This document shows, in pieces, positions 1 through 9,449 of a stretch of DNA of 64,000 nt. Location: positions 67,785-131,784 of the forward strand of contig CABYNW010000002.1 in assembly GCA_902520495.1 (NCBI GenBank), given 5' to 3'. The notes beneath the pieces are model-generated. The model saw only the letters and a program-made list of their open reading frames with translations, did no database searches and was not told the origin of the DNA. Position numbers and translations under genes: made by a program. Position 1 is the stretch's first letter. Each line of letters opens with the position of its first letter. This DNA is from an uncultured SAR86 cluster bacterium (GTDB lineage Bacteria > Pseudomonadota > Gammaproteobacteria > Magnimaribacterales > D2472).

Positions 1-134
1 ATTGCTTTCACATAGCCATCAGGCCCACCTTTTGAGGCATCAAGACTATGTACTTTTTTAACCGCAAATTCTAATTCAGCAGCACCTTTTCTAGCCGCAA
101 GTTGGTTTACATTTAATAATGCTTCTTTTGACAT
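1..134 (-). CDS. suhB: Inositol monophosphatase SuhB-like, N-terminal fragment (gene continues off the window)
   Basis: The reverse complement of 1-134 reads MSKEALLNVNQLAARKGAAELEFAVKKVHSLDASKGGPDGYVKA. This resembles the SuhB N-terminus (LNIAVRAARKAG...QKGSNDFVT, recalled from E. coli). It is divergent from trmJ, as in E. coli. Confidence 0.5.
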   Translation of the reverse strand, partial: MSKEALLNVNQLAARKGAAELEFAVKKVHSLDASKGGPDGYVKA

Positions 135-169
135 GTCGCTATTGTAATAGAAATAAGGATAATAGTTAT

Positions 170-895
170 ATGAGTTTACAAAGTAATTTAATTAACATTG
201 TTTTAGTTGATACCATTCATCCTGGAAATATTGGGTCTGTTGCCAGAGCAATGAAGACAATGGGCCTGACCAGATTGTCACTTGTAAATCCTCGTGTTTT
301 TCCCTCGGGCGATGCAAATGCATTATCAGGGAACGCAATCGATGTATTAGAAAACGCTCAAATTTTTTCATCTATCAAAGATGCAATTCAAGAAAGCACT
401 TTTGTCTATGCAACTTCTTCTCGAGATAGATCAATTCAGTGGCCAATTACAGATGCAGCAGCTGCTGCAAAAGATATTCATAATGAAACTAATAATGATA
501 AAGAAGTATCAATAATATTTGGTAAAGAGGACAGGGGGCTAACTAATGATGAATTAGAATATGCTAATAGATTAATTGAAATACCAGCTAACCCTGAATA
601 TCCAGTATTAAATTTAGCTATGTCAGTTCAAATTATTACTTATGAAATTTTTAAAGCTTCATCAGATAATAATTTAAAAGAATGGAGAGATTATCCAGAA
701 GTTAATTCAAAACAATTGCAAATGTTAATTGATCACTTTATTGAAACCGCTGTTGATATCGAAGTGATAGACCCTGATAACCCTAAAAAGATTATTTCTA
801 GAATAAAAAGAATGTTTACAAGACTTCAGCCCGATGAAATGGAGGCAAGTTTTATGAGAGGATTCTTATCAGGAATTAAGAAGAAATTAAAATAA
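170..895 (+). CDS. trmJ: tRNA (cytidine/uridine-2'-O)-methyltransferase TrmJ (SpoU/TrmH family)
   Basis: NIVLVDTIHPGNIGSVARAMKTMGL, FGKEDRGLTNDEL and NPEYPVLNLAMSVQIITYE closely follow E. coli TrmJ. I trimmed the start to the ATG at 170 (MSLQSN...) rather than the ORF-track start at 119. Confidence 0.85.
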   Translation: MSLQSNLINIVLVDTIHPGNIGSVARAMKTMGLTRLSLVNPRVFPSGDANALSGNAIDVLENAQIFSSIKDAIQESTFVYATSSRDRSIQWPITDAAAAAKDIHNETNNDKEVSIIFGKEDRGLTNDELEYANRLIEIPANPEYPVLNLAMSVQIITYEIFKASSDNNLKEWRDYPEVNSKQLQMLIDHFIETAVDIEVIDPDNPKKIISRIKRMFTRLQPDEMEASFMRGFLSGIKKKLK

Positions 896-943
896 ATTTT
901 GGTTTGATAATCTTTTATGATTCCATATAATACAAACCATCCA

Positions 944-1019
<76 letters not shown>

Positions 1020-1026
1020 ATTTACT

Positions 1027-1055
1027 AAAAAGCCCATAAGAGTGGGCTTTTTTTT
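1027..1055 (+). terminator. Rho-independent terminator after tRNA-Glu
   Basis: AAAAAGCCCA-taagag-TGGGCTTTTTTTT: a GC stem followed by a T-run. Confidence 0.8.
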
Positions 1056-1078
1056 GTCATTAATATAGAATATCCAAT

Positions 1079-2317
1079 ATGAATAAATTTAAATTATTAA
1101 CAAGTATATTGTTAATCAGTCTTTCTATTAGTATTTATTCGCAATCGTCTGATCAAGGTTCCTCATGGTGGGATAACACTAAAAAATTCATTAAGGATTC
1201 ATCAAAGAATATTACAGAGATAGTAGCTAAAAATAGCTCTCTTGATGAAGAGGTTGAAGATTTACTTAATAAAGATTCAAATCAAGTAAATACAATTAAT
1301 AAGATAGATGGCATTAGAGATTATGTTGCTAAATATGCGAGTTTAAAAGAGAAAGATATAGCTAATGGATGTCGCAATGGATTCTCTAAAGGTAATTGCA
1401 GAATTCAAATAGATAAAGTTTTAGAAGATATTGAAAAGATTGTTTTTGATGGTGAGATTATTAGTTATTCGAAGAAAATAAGACAATTAAAAGAAAGAAT
1501 AATAGAGCTTGAGGAAGAAAAAGCTAATTTAAATGAAAGAAAATTTGGAGTTACGGATGAAGAAGAAGCAGCTCTGATAAAGCAGATATCAGATATAGAT
1601 GTTTTAACAACAAAATTTTCAAGATATATAGAATTGCTTGAAAAAGATCTTCAGATAAAAATGAAAAATTTAGGAATCAGACTTTCAAAAGACCAAATAG
1701 AAGTAATGACTTCAAGAGTTGATGGAGATGATCTTGCTAAATCAATCGCAATATTTGATATAACTAAACAAATCTCAAACACTTTAGGCCAACTTATGGA
1801 AGATAACTCTTTTAGTAGCAATGCAACAACTAAATATTATGGAGTTTATTTAATCCTAAGTGAAATATTGGGTTTTGCTCAAAGAGAGTACATATCAAAA
1901 ATTGAAAAGGCATATATAAGAAAACTAGACTTATATAAGCAATCTGGATATGAAAGTATAAATTATTCAAAAAAACAGATGCAAGAAGCTACTATGAAAT
2001 CTAGCAAAGAAGCTTTTCAAAAAAATATAGAAGCAGAGGAATTTACAATAAAAGTTATTGATATCTATAAAGGAATTCTTATGGAACAAAAAGTACAACT
2101 TCAGAACGCCCTTAAAATCACTGATGAAAAAATTACGGTAGCATATTCCACATATAAAACTGCTTCGAATTCAGCAGCACTTATGTCTATAATGAATGAT
2201 ACCCAATCAACTTTTAATCAGATATTAGACATGCAGATACCAGATATTATTCCCTTTGACACTAAGGAACTTGAGGAAGAATTTAGAAACCTTTCCGATA
2301 AATTAAGTTCTCAGTAG
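1079..2317 (+). CDS. Secreted coiled-coil protein, function unknown
   Basis: It has an N-terminal signal peptide (LLTSILLISLSISIYSQSS). Long heptad-like charged stretches follow (KKIRQLKERIIELEEEKANLNERK). I recognise no family. Confidence 0.55.
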   Translation: MNKFKLLTSILLISLSISIYSQSSDQGSSWWDNTKKFIKDSSKNITEIVAKNSSLDEEVEDLLNKDSNQVNTINKIDGIRDYVAKYASLKEKDIANGCRNGFSKGNCRIQIDKVLEDIEKIVFDGEIISYSKKIRQLKERIIELEEEKANLNERKFGVTDEEEAALIKQISDIDVLTTKFSRYIELLEKDLQIKMKNLGIRLSKDQIEVMTSRVDGDDLAKSIAIFDITKQISNTLGQLMEDNSFSSNATTKYYGVYLILSEILGFAQREYISKIEKAYIRKLDLYKQSGYESINYSKKQMQEATMKSSKEAFQKNIEAEEFTIKVIDIYKGILMEQKVQLQNALKITDEKITVAYSTYKTASNSAALMSIMNDTQSTFNQILDMQIPDIIPFDTKELEEEFRNLSDKLSSQ

Positions 2318-2355
2318 GCGAGTGATATTAATAAATAATTTTTAAAGGAGAGCTT

Positions 2356-2652
2356 ATGAGTATGTATTCAAATGTTGTTAGGTTTATTGTAAAAGATGGA
2401 TGTGAACATAAATTTCTTGAAGTATTTAATACTTTTTCAAAAGAGCAAGGTGAAGTATATTCTATTCTTGTTCATACAGGCGAAAGAGAGTATGTCGCTG
2501 TTGGAACTTGGGAGTCTGAGGACGCTTTAGTTAATGCAAGACCAGCAATGATAGGCAATCTTGACAAGATGAGAGATTTATTGGAAGAGATTTCACCTGA
2601 GCTGGGTGTCACAGATCCAAGATCTGGAAAAGTTGTTACTGAGTGGAGCTGA
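2356..2652 (+). CDS. ABM/Dabb-like small protein (putative antibiotic-biosynthesis-monooxygenase fold)
   Basis: It is 98 aa. The pattern VVRFIVKDGCEHKFLEVF...YVAVGTWESEDALVNAR is typical of ABM domains. A GGAG SD lies upstream. Confidence 0.5.
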   Translation: MSMYSNVVRFIVKDGCEHKFLEVFNTFSKEQGEVYSILVHTGEREYVAVGTWESEDALVNARPAMIGNLDKMRDLLEEISPELGVTDPRSGKVVTEWS

Positions 2653-2671
2653 GCAAATAACTTAAAAGCAG

Positions 2672-3679
2672 ATGTTGCTAAAGAAAATTATCTTTATTTT
2701 TTGTATATTTGCTTCAAATCTAGCCTATACAAAAGAGTATATTATTGGATTTGGTTCTTGCATTGATCAAAATTACTCACAGCCAATTTGGGCTTCAATT
2801 AAGGATAAAAATGTAGATACTTTTATGTTTCTTGGAGATAACGTTTATGGAGATCATCCTTCTGGAAAGCTAGATAAATTAAAAAAAAGTTACTTAAGCC
2901 AGTCACATAAATTACCAAAATGGCTTAAAAATAAAAAAGTGGTTAGCATTTGGGATGATCATGATTATGGAATAAATGACGGAGGAGGAGATTTTAAAAA
3001 TAAGAGAGAATCCCAAAAAATATTTTTAGATTTTTGGGATATCCCTGATAGTGATATCAGGCATTCAAGAGACGGATTATATTTTAATGAGCTAATTAAT
3101 ATAGATGGCTTTAAAATAAATCTGGTTGTTCTTGATACAAGATTTTTTAGATCTAAATTGAGTTCTAATAAGTCTCCGTATACCCCAACAAATAATCTAG
3201 ACACAACTATTTTAGGTGACGTTCAATGGAGTTGGTTTGAAGAAGTTTTAGAACAAGAATCAGATTTAATATTAGTACTATCATCAATTCAAGTATTAGC
3301 AACGGAGCATGTTTTTGAAAAATGGGATTTATTTCCTCATGAAAGATCGAGAATTATTAAACTTTTAGATTCAACTCAAACCAAAAGTTTAATAATTTCA
3401 GGAGATAGACACAAAGGCGGATTATACAAAAAAGAATCTTTGGTTGAGTTAACTTCTTCCTCCCTAAATAAACCAATAACAGCTGCAAGAATTAGCAAGA
3501 CTCTTAAATATATTCCAAAGTCAATTAAAGATCAGTTAATCGAAACAGACAAACTTCTGACCACAGACATCTATAATTATGAAAATTTTGGTTTAATTAA
3601 AATCAATACTCAATCCAAAGAAGTAGAGGTATCACTAAATGATATAAATGGCGATCAAATATTTTCTAGTAAGATTTGA
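2672..3679 (+). CDS. PhoD-like metallophosphatase (secreted)
   Basis: It has a signal peptide. The metallophosphoesterase motifs FLGDNVYGD, WDDHDYGINDGG and SGDRH are present. Confidence 0.6.
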   Translation: MLLKKIIFIFCIFASNLAYTKEYIIGFGSCIDQNYSQPIWASIKDKNVDTFMFLGDNVYGDHPSGKLDKLKKSYLSQSHKLPKWLKNKKVVSIWDDHDYGINDGGGDFKNKRESQKIFLDFWDIPDSDIRHSRDGLYFNELINIDGFKINLVVLDTRFFRSKLSSNKSPYTPTNNLDTTILGDVQWSWFEEVLEQESDLILVLSSIQVLATEHVFEKWDLFPHERSRIIKLLDSTQTKSLIISGDRHKGGLYKKESLVELTSSSLNKPITAARISKTLKYIPKSIKDQLIETDKLLTTDIYNYENFGLIKINTQSKEVEVSLNDINGDQIFSSKI

Positions 3680-3684
3680 AGTAA

Positions 3685-4158
3685 TTACTTTTTATTTACT
3701 TCAGCATATACCTCACTAGAACCATCTTTATAAAGAATCAAAACATCATAAGCCATAAAACGATCCCCAACTTCCATACCAGGAGAGCCTAGGGGCATTC
3801 CAGGAACTGAAAGACCAATGGCTTCAGAATGATTTTCAGAAAGAAACTGAGTTATATATTTGCTTGGTATATGGCCCTCAAAAATATAACCATTTGAAGA
3901 AACTGCTGTATGGCAAGACCTATACTGAGGCTTTATATCATATTCCCTTTTAATATCTTCTAAACTTTGATGATCTTGTATATCGATTTTAAATTCATTA
4001 CCTTTTAAATGCTCGATCCATTTCTTACAACATCCACAAGTTGGAGTTTTGTGAACTAGTAACATATTTTTATTATCAACATTCTCATTTGAAGATTCAA
4101 AAGAAAATCCAGAGATTGAAAATGAGCATATTAAAAATAATAAGTATTTTTTATTCAT
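3685..4158 (-). CDS. DUF411 / CopG-like periplasmic metal-binding protein
   Basis: HKTPTCGCCKKWIEHL, SCHTAV, EGHIP and VPGMPLGSPGME are hallmark DUF411 motifs. The start is set at the ATG (MNKKYLLF), inside the TTG-initiated track ORF. Confidence 0.75.
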   Translation of the reverse strand: MNKKYLLFLICSFSISGFSFESSNENVDNKNMLLVHKTPTCGCCKKWIEHLKGNEFKIDIQDHQSLEDIKREYDIKPQYRSCHTAVSSNGYIFEGHIPSKYITQFLSENHSEAIGLSVPGMPLGSPGMEVGDRFMAYDVLILYKDGSSEVYAEVNKK

Positions 4159-4273
4159 ATTTATATATATCAAGCTATAAGTTTATATGAAATATTTTGT
4201 AAATAAAGTTCAAAGTTTTTAACCATTATCTCTATATCTAATGTATGATGCTTTTTTTAACTAAGGATATTTA

Positions 4274-4519
4274 ATGAATATATATGTAGGTAACATTTCT
4301 TGGGGACTAACAGACCAAGATTTAGAAAACACTTTTGCTGAGTACGGTACCGTAACATCTGCAAAAATTATCACAGACAGAATGACTAACCGTTCCAGAG
4401 GTTTTGGTTTTGTTGAAATGAGCGATGGAGCTGAAGCTGCTATCGAGGCATTAAACGGAACTGAAGTTGACGGAAGAGAGTTAGTTGTTAACGAGTCAAG
4501 ACCTAAAGATAAAAGCTAA
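4274..4519 (+). CDS. RRM-type RNA-binding protein (RNP-1/RNP-2)
   Basis: It is 81 aa, with RNP-2 NIYVGNI and RNP-1 RGFGFVEM. Confidence 0.85.
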   Translation: MNIYVGNISWGLTDQDLENTFAEYGTVTSAKIITDRMTNRSRGFGFVEMSDGAEAAIEALNGTEVDGRELVVNESRPKDKS

Positions 4520-4911
4520 CCCAAACTTTCTAAAGCTTCTACCATTTTTTCCTGTACTTTTTGTACAGCTTTAAATGGTCTGATCATAACTTTAAAGTTT
4601 GTAATCTTTCCATCTTCATTCCACTCGATCATGTCAACACCGTTGACTGATATATCGTCGATGTATGTTTCAAATTCTAATACAGAGTTCATTCCATCAT
4701 GAATTTCTTTTGTATATTTAAACTTTTCCATATTAAAGGAATCACCAGCTGCATGAAGGTACATCATAGTGATTTCTTTTCCCTCCATTGGGGTAAAAAC
4801 AACCGGCGATGAAAAGACAGCATCTTCTGCAATTATTTTGTCTAATAAATTTAAGTCGTCACTTCCAACAACCTCATGCCATTTATGAATAAGATCTTTT
4901 GCTAAAGTCAT
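4516..4911 (-). CDS. SnoaL/NTF2-like fold protein
   Basis: It is 131 aa. The pattern is W..V..DD...L..I.ED.VF.SP, and a cone-fold-like C-terminus includes VDMIEWNEDGKI. Confidence 0.5.
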   Translation of the reverse strand: MTLAKDLIHKWHEVVGSDDLNLLDKIIAEDAVFSSPVVFTPMEGKEITMMYLHAAGDSFNMEKFKYTKEIHDGMNSVLEFETYIDDISVNGVDMIEWNEDGKITNFKVMIRPFKAVQKVQEKMVEALESLG

Positions 4912-4986
4912 ATGTTCCCTATAAATTATAAAAATATGTCGATATGTATTAAATATAATAGTATCTTATCTACCTAGGAGTAAATT

Positions 4987-5415
4987 ATGAAGAAATTTTT
5001 ATTTTTAAGCATGCTTTTACCAATATTTGTTTTTGGTATGCATCACAAATCTGAACCAATTATTTTTTATCTTGATCTGGATGTTGCCGAAGGTAAGGCA
5101 GATGAGGTTGAAGATTTTGTTGACTATCTTGTTAGTGCGGTCAAGGAAACAGAACCAAAAACTATGTACTATAAATACTGGATTTCAAGTGATATGAAAA
5201 AAGTATCTTTAATCGAAATGTATAACTCAAATGAGGATGCTATTTATCATATGAATGCTTTTGCTGAAGCACCTCACAGAGATAGATTCTTAGAAACATT
5301 TATAGTTACAAACTTCCAAGTTCTTGGTGATACTAATGAAGAATTAAAAGAAGCTATGGCAGCTTATACAGACGATCATAGAACTCTAATTAATGGTTTC
5401 AAAAGAAAGAAATAG
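4987..5415 (+). CDS. Secreted ABM-like protein
   Basis: A signal peptide is followed by an ABM-like pattern (IIFYLDLDVAEGKADEVEDFV...VSLIEMYNSNEDAIYHMN). Confidence 0.45.
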   Translation: MKKFLFLSMLLPIFVFGMHHKSEPIIFYLDLDVAEGKADEVEDFVDYLVSAVKETEPKTMYYKYWISSDMKKVSLIEMYNSNEDAIYHMNAFAEAPHRDRFLETFIVTNFQVLGDTNEELKEAMAAYTDDHRTLINGFKRKK

Positions 5416-5433
5416 AAATCAGTATATATTTTT

Positions 5434-6033
5434 ATGGATATTAAGTATTCAAAAACTAAATCAATTTTTTTTCTAATAGGTGGAGTTACTGGCTTTTTCA
5501 TTATTTCTGGCGCGGGCTTTGAACAATTTAATTATCTATTGAAAGAAGAATTTACATCTATTTCAGAAAATTATATTCCATATGTAAGTCTTCCTCTTTT
5601 TTATGGCTCTCTTATTGGCTGTATAATCGGTATTAGCAAGGCTTGGAAGAGAATATTTAATTCAAATATTGTAATGAGTATAAATAAAGACGGTTTTTGG
5701 GCTGATCTTGATGATCAAAAAGATATAGATTTGAAATGGGAAGAGATTGATTCTGTAAGATTAAAGGTTAGAAAAGTTTCAGGCAGATATTTAGAATATT
5801 TAGTAATTACTCCTAAGGATATAAATATAGCTCAAAGAGTTAATCGCTTAAGTGGTCATGACTCATCAACTGCTGCCAGTTTTATGAAGTGGACAAAAAA
5901 AACTCTTGGAAGAGCTGCAAACGCTGGAATCTATGATCCACACAAACAGATTGCAATTCACTTGATGGGTTTTCAATATAAACCTGAAAAAATTTTTATT
6001 AAAATGGAAGAATGTTTTGAGGAGAATAAATAA
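5434..6033 (+). CDS. Membrane protein with two N-terminal TM helices and a PH-like C-terminal domain
   Basis: Two hydrophobic helices (FFLIGGVTGFFIISGAG and LPLFYGSLIGCIIGI) precede a soluble domain. No family is confidently recognised. Confidence 0.45.
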   Translation: MDIKYSKTKSIFFLIGGVTGFFIISGAGFEQFNYLLKEEFTSISENYIPYVSLPLFYGSLIGCIIGISKAWKRIFNSNIVMSINKDGFWADLDDQKDIDLKWEEIDSVRLKVRKVSGRYLEYLVITPKDINIAQRVNRLSGHDSSTAASFMKWTKKTLGRAANAGIYDPHKQIAIHLMGFQYKPEKIFIKMEECFEENK

Positions 6034-6399
6034 ATGAATGATAATCAAAAAATAGAAAGATGTATTGATTTATACTATGAGGGATGTTGTGAGTCAGACC
6101 CTGAAAAAATAAAGCAGGCATTTGATGAAAACGCAATGATTAGTGGATATTTGCCTGATGGTTTGCATGAGATGAATTTAGAGGAATTTGCTGGTTTTGT
6201 TGAAGCACAACAGCCATCACCTAAAGAAAAGGGCGATGAAGAATTTTTAGAAATAATATCCTGTCAAATAGTCGGAGATACAGCAATTGTTCAAATAAAA
6301 GAAGCGTACCTGGGAATGATTTTTATTGATTCATTCTCTTTTTTAAAAAAAGATGAAACATGGAGAATATATACAAAGCTATTTCATGTTGAATCATAA
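6034..6399 (+). CDS. NTF2-like (putative lumazine-binding-type) protein
   Basis: It is 121 aa. The pattern is YYEG...D..KIKQAF...A.I.G, with a C-terminal W.I..K.FH. Its ATG follows the preceding TAA directly. Confidence 0.5.
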   Translation: MNDNQKIERCIDLYYEGCCESDPEKIKQAFDENAMISGYLPDGLHEMNLEEFAGFVEAQQPSPKEKGDEEFLEIISCQIVGDTAIVQIKEAYLGMIFIDSFSFLKKDETWRIYTKLFHVES

Positions 6400-6425
6400 A
6401 TAAAACATATATAAAGGAGTAAATT

Positions 6426-7277
6426 ATGTTAATTAAAAATAAATTAGTGATAGCTTTTGTAATGAGTTTTCTATTCATTTCAAGCTGTTCAAATGAGATG
6501 GCTGTTGAATCATCAGCAGATAGTGGGAGCAGTAAGGCTTATGCAGAATTTATGGCTTGTACCGCAGGACCAGATTTTAATGCTGAAAATGCAATGAAAA
6601 TGATAGGCGATTGGCAGAAATTAATTACAGCAGATTCACTTTTAGGCGCATGGGGCTATGTTCCAGCTGCTGATACTAATGCATTTGGAGATACGTTATG
6701 GTGGGAGTTGAACTGGAGTTCAAAAGAAGAGGCTGATGCAGAGTGGAGTGCATGGGTTCAAAATGAGGAGGCTCAAGCTTGGAATGAAGAATACTCTAAT
6801 GTAATGGTATGCGATGGAGAAGGCAGAAATTCTTTTGACGCTGATTATCCAATAGCACCTGGAACATATGGCAGTACAAATGCAAGCGGATACTTTTATA
6901 GTGAATTTCATCAATGTGATTTTAATGAAGGGTCAGGAAGACCAGAAGCTGAAGCATTTTTGCCTGGTTTCTCTAATGCTGTAAGCAATTCGGATTACAG
7001 TGAAACTAACTACTCATATGGAAATTATTTTGCATATAAAAATGCAGATGGTTCGCATACTGACTCAGACATAGATTTCTTATGGGCAAACTTTACAAAT
7101 AGTAAGGATTCTATGGATAAAGCAAATGAATCTTTTGAAAAAGATGTTAGAGCAGAGATGTTTCCATTATTTAGTGAATTTGCATCATGTGCCGAGGTTC
7201 CGGATGTTTATGATAGCTGGACTTTTTATAACAGCGAAGCAAAAGACTTTATGCCTGATTTCACCACAAGAAATTAA
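6426..7277 (+). CDS. Lipoprotein made of two copies of a Cys-bracketed ~110-aa module, function unknown
   Basis: The lipobox is FISSC. The internal repeat is YAEFMAC...LWWELNWSSKEE...VMVCDG versus YSEFHQCDFNEG...DFLWANFTNSKD...FASCAE. Confidence 0.55.
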   Translation: MLIKNKLVIAFVMSFLFISSCSNEMAVESSADSGSSKAYAEFMACTAGPDFNAENAMKMIGDWQKLITADSLLGAWGYVPAADTNAFGDTLWWELNWSSKEEADAEWSAWVQNEEAQAWNEEYSNVMVCDGEGRNSFDADYPIAPGTYGSTNASGYFYSEFHQCDFNEGSGRPEAEAFLPGFSNAVSNSDYSETNYSYGNYFAYKNADGSHTDSDIDFLWANFTNSKDSMDKANESFEKDVRAEMFPLFSEFASCAEVPDVYDSWTFYNSEAKDFMPDFTTRN

Positions 7278-7292
7278 GTTTAAATAAAATTA

Positions 7293-7321
7293 GAAGCTGC
7301 TTTAGGCAGCTTCTTTTTTTT
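7293..7321 (+). terminator. Rho-independent terminator
   Basis: GAAGCTGC-tttag-GCAGCTTC is followed by T8. It overlaps the ORF-track start of the next gene, which argues for the later ATG. Confidence 0.8.
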
Positions 7322-7340
7322 GTGGTACATTTTACATATT

Positions 7341-8432
7341 ATGATTATTGGTGTTCCTGCAGAAGTTAAAAATAATGAAAATAGAATAGGGTTAACCCCA
7401 TACTCTGTTAAATATTTATCGACTAGTGGTCATGAAATATTGGTTGAAAAAGATGCTGGTAAGAATATAGGATATTTTGATGATCAATATATTCAAGCTG
7501 GTGCAAAGATTATCAATACAGCTTCAGATTTATATAAATCTTCTGAGATGATAGTCAAGGTTAAAGAACCAATTCCTGATGAATATTGTTACCTAAGAAA
7601 TGATTTAACTTTATTTACATACCTTCACTTAGCTGGAGATCCAGAAAATGCAAAGAAATTGATAGATACTGGAGTTACAGGTATTGCATACGAAACCGTA
7701 ACCTCTGAAGATGGATCAATGCCACTCTTGGCTCCAATGAGCACAATAGCAGGCCAATTAGCATTTGTAGTTGGTTCATATCATCTTTTAAAACAGAATA
7801 AAGGAAAAGGCGTAATGATAGGGAAGATGGAAGATATTGAACCAAGAGTTGTAACTGTTATAGGCGCTGGAGTGGCTGGAACACAATCCATAGCAAAAGC
7901 ACTAGACAATAATGCTTTTGTAAAAGTTCTTGATACATCACAGTCAAAATTACAGAAATTAGAGGAAAGCTTTGGATCTAAGAATATTGAATATATTTTT
8001 TCCACAAATGATTCTGTTCAATCATCAATCAATGATTCAGATTTAGTTATTGGAAGTGTTTATGTCGTTGGGAAAGAAGCTCCAAAAGTTGTAACAAAAG
8101 ATATGCTTATATCAATGAATCCTGGAACAGTTATGGTAGATGTCTCAATTGATCAAGGAGGGTGTTTTGAGAGCAGCAGACCAACAACTCATGATAGCCC
8201 AACATTTATTCAGAATGACATTGTTCATTACTGTGTTACAAATATGCCTGGTGCGGTTCCTCTTACAGCTACTGAAGCTCTAAATAAAGTTACACTCCCT
8301 TATATACAAGACTTGGCTAATAAAGGGGTTGACATAGCTCTTTCTGAGGATGAACATTTAAGAAATGGCCTTAATATCAAAGATGGAAACATCATGCATC
8401 AAGGCGTAAAAGAATCATTAGAAAAAATTTAA
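7341..8432 (+). CDS. ald: Alanine dehydrogenase
   Basis: MIIGVPAEVKNNENRIGLTP is near-identical to the canonical Ald N-terminus. It has the NAD-binding VIGAGVAG motif and is about 363 aa. Confidence 0.9.
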   Translation: MIIGVPAEVKNNENRIGLTPYSVKYLSTSGHEILVEKDAGKNIGYFDDQYIQAGAKIINTASDLYKSSEMIVKVKEPIPDEYCYLRNDLTLFTYLHLAGDPENAKKLIDTGVTGIAYETVTSEDGSMPLLAPMSTIAGQLAFVVGSYHLLKQNKGKGVMIGKMEDIEPRVVTVIGAGVAGTQSIAKALDNNAFVKVLDTSQSKLQKLEESFGSKNIEYIFSTNDSVQSSINDSDLVIGSVYVVGKEAPKVVTKDMLISMNPGTVMVDVSIDQGGCFESSRPTTHDSPTFIQNDIVHYCVTNMPGAVPLTATEALNKVTLPYIQDLANKGVDIALSEDEHLRNGLNIKDGNIMHQGVKESLEKI

Positions 8433-8441
8433 GGAGAAAAT

Positions 8442-9449
8442 ATGGAAAAAGTTTTGGTAACTGGCGCAACAGGTTATATAGGCCTTCATTGTATTCATCA
8501 ACTTTTAAATCAAGGATACGCAGTAAACGGATCAGTGCGATCTCCTGAGAGAAAAAATGAAATATTTGAAGCATTAAAAAATCACAATACTTCTACCGAG
8601 AATCTCAATATTTATACATTTGATTTAAATGATGATGAGGGATGGGATCAAGGTATGGAAGGATGTGACTATTTACTTCATGTTGCTTCACCAATTGCAT
8701 TAGAGAATCACGATGAAGACTTTTTTGTAAAACCTGCTGTAGCAGGTGTAAAACGAGCAATGAAGTTTGCAAAAAAACATAACGTTAAAAAAGTTGTATT
8801 AACATCTTCAGTAGCGGCAATTTATGAAACAATGGAATCAAAAAGTTACTATGATGAAACCGATTGGTCTGATCCAGAGAATCCAGCTATCAGTCACTAT
8901 TCTAAAAGCAAGACCCTTGCTGAAAGAGCTGCATGGGAATTTATTGAAAATGAAAATGATCCTTTTGAATTAGCTGTAATAAATCCTGCATTAGTTATTG
9001 GCCCATCTCTTTCTGGTGATCTTGGAGAGTCAAATAAAGCAATTATGATGGTAGCAACAGGCAAAATGCCTGTGGCGGTTCCTCTTCAATTTGGATATGT
9101 CGATGTAAGAGATGTGGCCGCGGCTCATATTTTAGCAATGCAGAATCCAGCTAGCAATGGAGAGAGATTTGCTTTAGCTGAGAAAGATTTATGGTACAAA
9201 GACGTTGCTCAAGTTTTAAGAAGTAATGGTTTTGATAAAGCCCCAACGTTCGCCGTTCCAGTTTGGCTTGCAAAGATATTGGCTATTTTTAGTAAGGAAT
9301 TAAAGCTTACAATACCTTATCTTGGGAGATTAAGAAGTGTTAAAAATACTTCAAAAGCTAAAGATATCCTTGGATGGAATCCAAGACCAGCAGAAGAATC
9401 AATAATAGAAATTGCTCAACAAATTCAAGATATGGGACTAATTAAATAA
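8442..9449 (+). CDS. NAD(P)-dependent extended SDR (aldehyde/dihydroflavonol-reductase-like)
   Basis: VLVTGATGYIGLH Rossmann motif and YSKSK catalytic motif. Confidence 0.8.
   Translation: MEKVLVTGATGYIGLHCIHQLLNQGYAVNGSVRSPERKNEIFEALKNHNTSTENLNIYTFDLNDDEGWDQGMEGCDYLLHVASPIALENHDEDFFVKPAVAGVKRAMKFAKKHNVKKVVLTSSVAAIYETMESKSYYDETDWSDPENPAISHYSKSKTLAERAAWEFIENENDPFELAVINPALVIGPSLSGDLGESNKAIMMVATGKMPVAVPLQFGYVDVRDVAAAHILAMQNPASNGERFALAEKDLWYKDVAQVLRSNGFDKAPTFAVPVWLAKILAIFSKELKLTIPYLGRLRSVKNTSKAKDILGWNPRPAEESIIEIAQQIQDMGLIK

Noticed and set aside
7320-7340. ORF-track N-terminal extensions of ald (7320), the FAD monooxygenase (22826), pyk (28016), the small secreted protein (19051) and aceF (32143).
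   Set aside because: The extensions run through terminator hairpins or the preceding gene. Internal ATGs restore canonical N-termini, for example MIIGVPAEVKNNENR for Ald.
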